This document shows, one piece after another, positions 43,988 through 46,820 of a DNA stretch of 46,820 nucleotides. The notes beneath the pieces are model-generated. The model was not told the origin of the DNA. It saw only the letters and a program-made list of their open reading frames with translations, and did no database searches. Each line of letters begins with the position of its first letter. The first letter of the stretch is position 1. A program made the translations under genes and the position numbers. Location: the IMG/VR virus record IMGVR_UViG_3300002063_000002, positions 1 through 46,820 of that record. One strand, written 5' to 3'. Source of the stretch: a virus.

Positions 43988-43990
43988 AAT

Positions 43991-44050
43991 GTGATTATTT
44001 ATTACCTATATATAGGTGATTACTTATTACCTATATATAGGTGATTAATC
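43991..44050. promoter_or_regulatory. Tandem 25-bp repeats, each carrying the 14-bp perfect palindrome ACCTATATATAGGT (candidate RHH operators)
   Basis: GTGATTA(T/C)TTATTACCTATATATAG occurs at 43991-44015 and 44016-44040, then GTGATTAATC. The palindromes are at 44004-44017 and 44029-44042, starting 4 nt upstream of the RHH start codon. Confidence 0.7.
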
Positions 44051-44195
44051 AGTTCAGGCGTTAAAACTATCTGCACCAATGTATTTTTGGTTGGTGTCTT
44101 TTCTTTATCTTGTAACATAATTATGTATATATATTTATAATAGTATTATTATAGTATAAGCATAGTATTATGTAAACGACATATATCCCCTGTCT

Positions 44196-44288
44196 CTATT
44201 TCTTTTTGACCGTTTTTAGGTCACCTGCCATAATCTTGGCTATTTTTTTGCTGTTTTTTCTAGCCTTTTTTTTAAGTCTTGCTTTCAT
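44196..44288 (-). CDS. Possible 30-aa lysine-rich peptide
   Basis: Hand translation gives MKARLKKKARKNSKKIAKIMAGDLKTVKKK. It starts 14 nt after the upstream stop. It is very short and low-complexity. Confidence 0.25.
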   Translation of the reverse strand: MKARLKKKARKNSKKIAKIMAGDLKTVKKK

Positions 44289-44302
44289 ATATTATTTAAT
44301 AA

Positions 44303-44566
44303 TTATTTATTAGCATAAAAATCAAGCACGTTATAGTCATGATCATTAATATTAATAGTCTTAGTCATCCCACACTTAACGGCTGTGTGTGTCTGCGATA
44401 CAAACACATCAAACCCAGCAAGCAAACAATGCTCTTCCCCTTTAGCGTCAAGCAGTGATTGTACTGTCTCCAGCTCTGTCCGTACCATGTCTGTGTATGA
44501 CATGATTGTAATGATAATAGATAGTAGCGCTATCATTCCGGCCATTATTTTGTTTGTTGTTGTCAT
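44303..44566 (-). CDS. Small membrane-anchored protein
   Basis: 87 aa with an N-terminal TM helix (IMAGMIALLSIIITIMSY). Confidence 0.6.
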   Translation of the reverse strand: MTTTNKIMAGMIALLSIIITIMSYTDMVRTELETVQSLLDAKGEEHCLLAGFDVFVSQTHTAVKCGMTKTININDHDYNVLDFYANK

Positions 44567-44567
44567 A

Positions 44568-44765
44568 TTATTTATTTAAATGTTGTTTAATATCCTCTAC
44601 GTTGTGCGGGTGGTAGTACTCGAACAGCACAGCCGGACAGTCTTCACACATAAACACATGTGTGTTTTTGTCATCTGTTAAATGTGCTGGCTTGTTCGTA
44701 CTCTCAATCTGTGTATACACCATAGTTGATGTACACATAGGGCATGTAAGGTTTACTGGTGTCAT
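44568..44765 (-). CDS. Small zinc-ribbon protein
   Basis: 65 aa, CPMC...CEDC. Confidence 0.6.
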   Translation of the reverse strand: MTPVNLTCPMCTSTMVYTQIESTNKPAHLTDDKNTHVFMCEDCPAVLFEYYHPHNVEDIKQHLNK

Positions 44766-44770
44766 ATAAA

Positions 44771-45415
44771 TTAAATTAATGTGTAATCATCACGGTGACC
44801 ATGCACATCTAGGTAACCATCAAGGCTTATAAACTTAGTCGCCGCAATGTCTTTACTTGAAAAGAAATGAGGCACTCGAGGGTTAAAATCACGAGCAATA
44901 TTAACAATATCGTCAATAATCTCTTGTGGATCATCCTTGCTTGAAATATCACAGTCATACATTGCAATACCTGAACCAGTAAGCGTGTTTGGTTTAATTT
45001 TAGCGTTCACACTATACGAGTGATTATAATTGTTCCCCAGAGGCATGGAAACGTGCATACACTTACCATTAACGCCCACAGCAATAAAGTTATAGTCACG
45101 TACCGACCACATAGCAAGCCCATCAACATTATCAAGATCACGCAATCGCTTAATCAGGTCCTTTGTCGGCTTCTCTCGTGCAATATCAGCGTCACGTAAA
45201 TCATCAAACTGCGCTTGCGTGGCCTCACCAACAAGTGAATATACATCATCCTGCATATTGTACATGCGATAAACAGCCTCACCGTTACTGTTGTGGTCTG
45301 TCGCCTCACCAACAAGAAATGCCCCACGATACGAGTCTTGTGTAGGTACTGCGCCCATCATGTCCCAGTACTCCTCAGCTGTTACTTCTTTTATTATAGG
45401 TAGATTAGTGTTCAT
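44771..45415 (-). CDS. Hypothetical early protein
   Basis: 214-aa ORF, the largest unassigned early gene. Confidence 0.65.
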   Translation of the reverse strand: MNTNLPIIKEVTAEEYWDMMGAVPTQDSYRGAFLVGEATDHNSNGEAVYRMYNMQDDVYSLVGEATQAQFDDLRDADIAREKPTKDLIKRLRDLDNVDGLAMWSVRDYNFIAVGVNGKCMHVSMPLGNNYNHSYSVNAKIKPNTLTGSGIAMYDCDISSKDDPQEIIDDIVNIARDFNPRVPHFFSSKDIAATKFISLDGYLDVHGHRDDYTLI

Positions 45416-45422
45416 ATTGTTA

Positions 45423-45572
45423 TTATTTAAATATTATTATTAGTATTGACCGATAGTGCTGTGATAATAGATCACAGCCGCATCCTCCTGTCATGTAATC
45501 ACCCATGACCCACAGGAAACCTGCAAAGTATAGCGTGGCGATTAATGCGATTATATATAGTGTGTTGTGCAT
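45423..45572 (-). CDS. Small membrane protein (49 aa, below cutoff)
   Basis: Hand translation gives MHNTLYIIALIATLYFAGFLWVMGDYMTGGCGCDLLSQHYRSILIIIFK. It has a TAA-T-ATG junction with the upstream gene. Confidence 0.45.
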   Translation of the reverse strand: MHNTLYIIALIATLYFAGFLWVMGDYMTGGCGCDLLSQHYRSILIIIFK

Positions 45573-45573
45573 A

Positions 45574-45789
45574 TTAGTTTGCTTGGTTATTCATGTACAT
45601 TTTAGCCACTTCAATTTGTTCATCTTCTGTAAGGAATGAATGCAAATCTATGTCTTGCATGTGTTCAATAACTTGCGTTACGTTCTCTGCATATAGCTCT
45701 GTATTGAATGGATGATTCATGTAATCTGTAATGACTTCTAGTGCGTTTTGTAGCACGTCTGTATTACTATTTATAATGGGTAATGTCAT
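45574..45789 (-). CDS. First early gene: small, strongly acidic protein
   Basis: 71 aa with 12 Asp/Glu against 1 Lys and 0 Arg. It is the promoter-proximal gene of the minus-strand early block. Confidence 0.6.
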   Translation of the reverse strand: MTLPIINSNTDVLQNALEVITDYMNHPFNTELYAENVTQVIEHMQDIDLHSFLTEDEQIEVAKMYMNNQAN

Positions 45790-45991
45790 GATATTTATAT
45801 AATGAATTTATTAATAATCAAGCAGACTATATACAACATATACTAGAGTTATATAAAATGCTTTTTGCGGTGTAGTACGTCTGTACTGATATGTACTATA
45901 CACGTATTGTTTATGTAATGCAAGCGTACTACATGTGTATATCTTTTGTACTACGGTGATTTTTGATAAAACTATATGTAACATATGTGTT

Positions 45992-46029
45992 ATGTATATT
46001 GTGTTTGATTTAATATGTATATTGTGTTT
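45992..46029. repeat. Direct repeat ATGTATATTGTGTTT x2 (period 23) in the early upstream region
   Basis: Copies at 45992-46006 and 46015-46029. A related TATGCGTGTATATTTTATTGTTTG follows. Confidence 0.8.
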
Positions 46030-46223
46030 TAATTATGCGTGTATATTTTATTGTTTGTTTGTGGTGTTTTTTGTTGATAACACAACGTAAAATAGCTTTG
46101 TTTTCAACCCATATTCTCGTTATGCAGTAACGAAGCTGTGTTGCGAGGTTGTGGGGTGATAGGGTGTGTATGTATTAAAAATATTTTTTTTTTTTAGGAT
46201 GCTAGTAATCTGCCAGCTAAAAG

Positions 46224-46232
46224 TTATCCACA
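46224..46232 (+). promoter_or_regulatory. Perfect DnaA-box 9-mer TTATCCACA between a T12 and an A12 tract
   Basis: TTATCCACA read at 46224-46232. T12 is at 46184-46195 and A12 at 46264-46275. An 8/9 match on the opposite strand (TGTTGATAA) lies at 46072-46080. Confidence 0.3.
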
Positions 46233-46401
46233 GGCAAGATGACAAACAATTAAAAAATAAAATAAAAAAAAAAAATACTTAGTAAGTAAGTATATACACT
46301 CCTATATAGAAAACGACTCAGACTTTTTCAGGTTCAAAAAAGTGGGTGAAATTTGATCATTTCCTAGTAATTTATGGGTTTTGCGTGGTTTGGGTGTCTT
46401 A

Positions 46402-46434
46402 ATGTCGCATTTGTTTGTATTATGTCGCATTTGT
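46402..46434. repeat. Direct repeat ATGTCGCATTTGT x2 (period 20) plus a third GTGTCGCA
   Basis: Copies at 46402-46414 and 46422-46434. The third core TGTCGCA is at 46474-46480. Confidence 0.8.
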
Positions 46435-46773
46435 GCTTTTACAAAGCCTTATTTTAAGCCATTTTTTGCAAAGTGTCGCAGAATGTTCAGAATCAGACAC
46501 TTTTTTATATGGCAATAGCCCTTTTTGTTTGCCTGTTCGACAGTCTTTTTTGTATGTGGTGTGTTGTTTTTGTGCACACTAGCACGCTAAAAAACTCGAG
46601 ACCCACCCCTTAGCCCCCCTGACAATTTGACCCGTCCTTTTTGATCCCCATATATATACATCTGGAAATATATGTGTTTTTCCAAAAAGGTACCCTTGGG
46701 GGCTATATACAGACCCTCACCCCCTACCACCCCACAATATGGGACCCTGAATCTTAATCAGGGACCAGAGCAT

Positions 46774-46820
46774 GGTATTTAGTTAGTTGCTATATGGTAT
46801 TTAGTTAGTTGCTATATGGT
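46774..46820. repeat. 22-bp tandem direct repeat array, right part; contig-end copy of nt 1-46
   Basis: Units at 46774-46795 and 46796-46817, then GGT. 46775-46820 is letter-for-letter identical to 1-46. Confidence 0.95.

Noticed and set aside
1-46820. A lysogeny module (integrase, CI/Cro switch), considered because an RHH regulator with operators is present.
   Set aside because: No tyrosine or serine recombinase motifs, excisionase or divergent repressor pair were seen. The RHH gene is co-oriented with the early operon, so it is more likely a temporal regulator. Lifestyle remains unproven.

Overview
The window is a complete genome of a tailed dsDNA bacteriophage. Its ends are an exact 46-nt direct repeat (nt 1-46 = nt 46775-46820), so the unique length is 46,774 bp and the molecule is circular or terminally redundant. 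It is about 90% coding with roughly 75 genes in these blocks. (i) 679-23022 (+): small and large terminase, portal, scaffold-like, decoration-like and major capsid proteins, connector-size proteins, a run of large fibre/receptor-binding-type proteins, and a lysis cassette. The cassette has two small membrane proteins and a cysteine-peptidase endolysin, and a full-length tmRNA (ssrA) gene is embedded in it. (ii) 23098-31885 (+): large virion/tail proteins and alpha-helical internal (ejection or tape-measure-like) proteins. (iii) 31931-33703 (-): PD-(D/E)xK exonuclease and an SSB-like protein. 34271-37098 (+): a domain-permuted DnaG-type primase, a P-loop helicase and an HNH endonuclease. (iv) 37095-45789 (-): a RecU-like nuclease, SNF2 helicase, staphylococcal-type nuclease, YopX, a DUF1599-like protein, an RHH regulator and about 25 tightly coupled small early ORFs. 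A lone endonuclease-like gene (101-592, -) sits beside the terminal repeats. Non-coding highlights are listed next. A ~1.1-kb terminal region (45790-46820 plus 1-100) holds several repeat families, a T12...A12 pair around a perfect DnaA-box 9-mer, and a C-rich block. A 567-bp divergent intergenic region has 29-bp inverted repeats flanking 197 bp. There are GC-rich hairpins at 7272-7396 and 35259-35329, and tandem palindromic operators upstream of the RHH gene. I saw no integrase, DNA polymerase, RNA polymerase, tRNA, rRNA or CRISPR array. Gene starts almost never have a Shine-Dalgarno motif, which hints at a Bacteroidota-like host. All functional calls come from motif recognition by eye plus gene order. 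No database search or folding program was run.
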